Shown: piece after piece, positions 61,413-64,000 of the stretch
How the letters are laid out: the number at the start of each line of letters is the position of its first letter
Position numbering within the stretch: the first letter of the stretch is position 1
Source: Botryllus schlosseri
Taxonomy: Eukaryota
DNA length: 64,000 nt
Assembly (NCBI GenBank): GCA_051294905.1
Contig: CM119371.1
Coordinates: 4,404,001-4,468,000, forward strand
Direction of reading: 5' to 3'
Notes under the pieces: model-generated
Seen by the model: the letters and a program-made list of their open reading frames with translations, nothing else
Database searches by the model: none
What the model was told of the DNA's origin: nothing
Translations under genes and position numbers: made by a program

Positions 61413-62148
61413 AAGTGGTTCTCAAACTCGACCCCTCGAAACACCGTGGCTACGCCCCTGCAATAATGCACAATTCGCTATTTATAAGAAGCTCACAGAA
61501 AGTACAAATTGAATACACAGGTACAGGCTACAGGTAAAACATCCACCCAACTGTAGGGTCTGGGGGCAAGGCCCCCGGAAGTTTGGCTTATCGCCCTGTG
61601 TGGGCCCAAGACCAGCGTTTTTGGGGTGAGCTGACAAAGTAATTTTCAGCCCGGGTTTGTGCATGGCCGGTACAGCTGCTGTAAGGTGTTGTCTTGCGGC
61701 ACGCATTGTATTCTAGTTGCCAGAGTAGTCTGCGTCTGGTGGCAGTGTGCAATGGGCAAGGTAGCACGACAAGGTCCTTGGCTCTACTCCGAAACGCTTC
61801 TTCTCTCGATATTGTCAAAGAGAAGAATATTATTCGTGTTGGCGTGGTCGGTTAAACCCACGGCCTTCGACGTGAAAGACTGTAAACGGCGGTAGCACAT
61901 TTATCTGGACAAGGCAATTTAACCTTTACTCAGCAAACTCACTACCATAAAATCACATGGATGCCATCATGAAGATAATTAATTACGATCAAATCCCTCT
62001 AAATGTCGCACTCTAGCACCATATAATTGCAAAAAACGGTTCCATACTTTACATATTGGCTTCATTTCAATTTTGAAAGTTCACCGGTCCGCCAGACATT
62101 TTTGGAAATTTTAACGGGCCGCGAGGTGAAAAAGGTTGAGAACCACTG
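61413..62148. mobile_element. Degenerate hAT (Charlie-like) MITE
   Basis: AAGTGGTTCTCAAAC...GGTTGAGAACCACTG; flanks ATCTAGTA/ATCTACAC match only partly. Confidence 0.55.
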
Positions 62149-63346
62149 ATCTACACACAAACATCGCGTGCACCTCTTGCCCCACCACCCGATATTGCAG
62201 TGGTCGTAAATATTTTCGCCCGAGGTGCCATATCGGCCCTATATTTTATATTGCAAGTCCCGAAGAGCCATGCGTATCAATCAGCTGCTACGTGACAATT
62301 GAAAGTTCGTGACCTCATGGATCCACTTCATCGAAATCACTACATGCGCCCTACCCCATATTACTAGGTCCGTAGTTTAGTCGAAGAGCAATACGGAGAA
62401 GTTGTATAGGATACAGTGTAAACACTTTGCGCGATTAGCAAACGTTAATAAAAATATGGGGGACCGTGAAAGTGCCATATTGTGTAGCTTTATTTCCGGA
62501 AATTAACGGCATTATTTCCAAGCCGTCGCGATGGTTTCCTAAAAAATCATTGGATATTGCAAGCGGAACACACGTCATCTCTAACCTTTTCTACTACAAA
62601 TGGAATCAAAAAGTCCATTACCAACGTGTAAGTGATGAGCACAAACATTTTCTTATGATACAACAAAGGGAATATAACCGACGAGATCTACAGCTGATAT
62701 GAACATACTGTACGATATTGCAGGCCCAGTCAACATATTGATGTTCTGGAGCAAACAATTGCATGTTTACTGTGATAGCTAGGCCGATATAGTCATTAGT
62801 CCATTTTAATTCGGATCTGGTACACCCCTGTACACCCCATGTAAGTGATAAACCCTTTTAATTTTTTTGCTACACCCTAGGCCGTAAGTTGTATGATACA
62901 CCAGGTTAAAGAGCGCTGGCGTATTCGACATCTCGATGATATCATCAAACTCTAACAGTGTTCTAGAATCTAGGTTTACAGCTTTCATTGATATAATTAT
63001 TCGTTATTATGTTTTACAATATCTATTTTGCAGCAAAACTACAGAGACAATAAGCCGCATGTGTGGTGTCACAGTCTCCATTCTTAAGTGCGTGTATAGG
63101 CCACCATCGGAAGCATCTGGTCAGTGACGTCGTGAGTTGTTACGTCATCTAGACAAGAAACATCGCGTGCACCTCTTGCCCCACCACCCGATATTGCAGT
63201 GGTCGGAAATTTTTTCACCCGAGTAGCCATATTGGCCCTATATTTTATATTGCAAGTCCCGAAGAGCCATGCGTATCAATCAACTGCTACATGACAATTA
63301 AAAATTCGTGACCTCATGGATCCACTTAATCGAAATCACTACATGT
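62149..63346 (+). repeat. ~200-bp direct repeat pair (62149-62346 and 63147-63346)
   Basis: AAACATCGCGTGCACCTCTTGCCCCACC...CGAAATCACTACATG occurs twice, about 1 kb apart. Confidence 0.9.
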
Positions 63347-63608
63347 GATTCGTTGTGTACATTTTCCATGTAATAACACGTAATAATCATGCTGGTTACC
63401 TTGTTAAGCAAGCGAAACCTGTACATGGATTTTTCACAAGATACAGCTTTTTAATTCTATTTCAATGAGAAGTATATGATACTTTCCGAAAACAATTAGC
63501 ATTTAGATTTTCAACAGATGTGGACACTGGACATCAGCAAAATTGTGAATCTATTATTGACACGCTTTTTTACAGTTACCGCGTCTTTTGGTGGTGCATG
63601 GTATTACC

Positions 63609-64000
63609 CAGAGGTGGTCAAAGTAGTCAAGAAAGCTACTCAAGTAGAAGTAGAAGTAGCGACGAAAAAATCTACTCAAGTACGAGTAGAAGTATTTCTT
63701 CCATAAGCAACCTAAAACTAATTGAAGTAGAAGTAGAATTTACTGACTTTAAAAGCACTCAAGTAAGTAAGTAGTTGTGAAAACGATCCTAATTCGTTCA
63801 CATGGATTGTAAAAAGGTGCAAATCAAGCTATGCGAAAGGTGACGAGCTAGATTCATATTGATGCATACCAGCAGGTATCCCATTTTCGATAGCATAAGC
63901 ATTTGTCCACATCATAGGATGAAAATGATAGTTTTATCATGGAAATGCGATAATTATCCTCTGTTTTCTCGAACGGTACGTTGTAGAAAATAGCTTGGTA
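63609..64000. mobile_element. Left end of a hAT-like MITE with AAGTAG repeats (runs off window)
   Basis: CAGAGGTGGTCAAAGTAG start followed by repeated ACTCAAGTAGAAGTAG. Confidence 0.6.

Overview
Animal genomic DNA (invertebrate-like, possibly tunicate; the host cannot be proven from the window) made almost entirely of nested transposable elements. The only clear host coding feature is a phase-1/phase-1 NACHT (NLR-type) exon on the minus strand (13415-14851). The window holds two Gypsy LTR retrotransposons, an internally deleted BEL/Pao element, four LINE fragments (CR1/L2-type, RTE, R4/Dong-type, I-type) and many hAT-like MITEs with 8-bp target-site duplications (TSDs). The most unusual feature is a 13.4-kb giant palindrome (33151-46526; two 6225-bp arms around a 926-bp spacer). 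It has AGTAGT termini and a perfect 6-bp TSD (AACGTT), and it carries heavily eroded remnants of Polinton/Maverick genes (pPolB, probably integrase and packaging ATPase). It inserted recently into a young Gypsy pol gene and looks like a coding-dead 'copy-back' Polinton mobilised in trans. An older, non-palindromic relative appears to enclose the whole 21166-61294 nest. Both nested LTR elements lack a tRNA primer site and instead have a PBS complementary to their own LTR, suggesting self-priming. All assignments were made by eye, without database searches.
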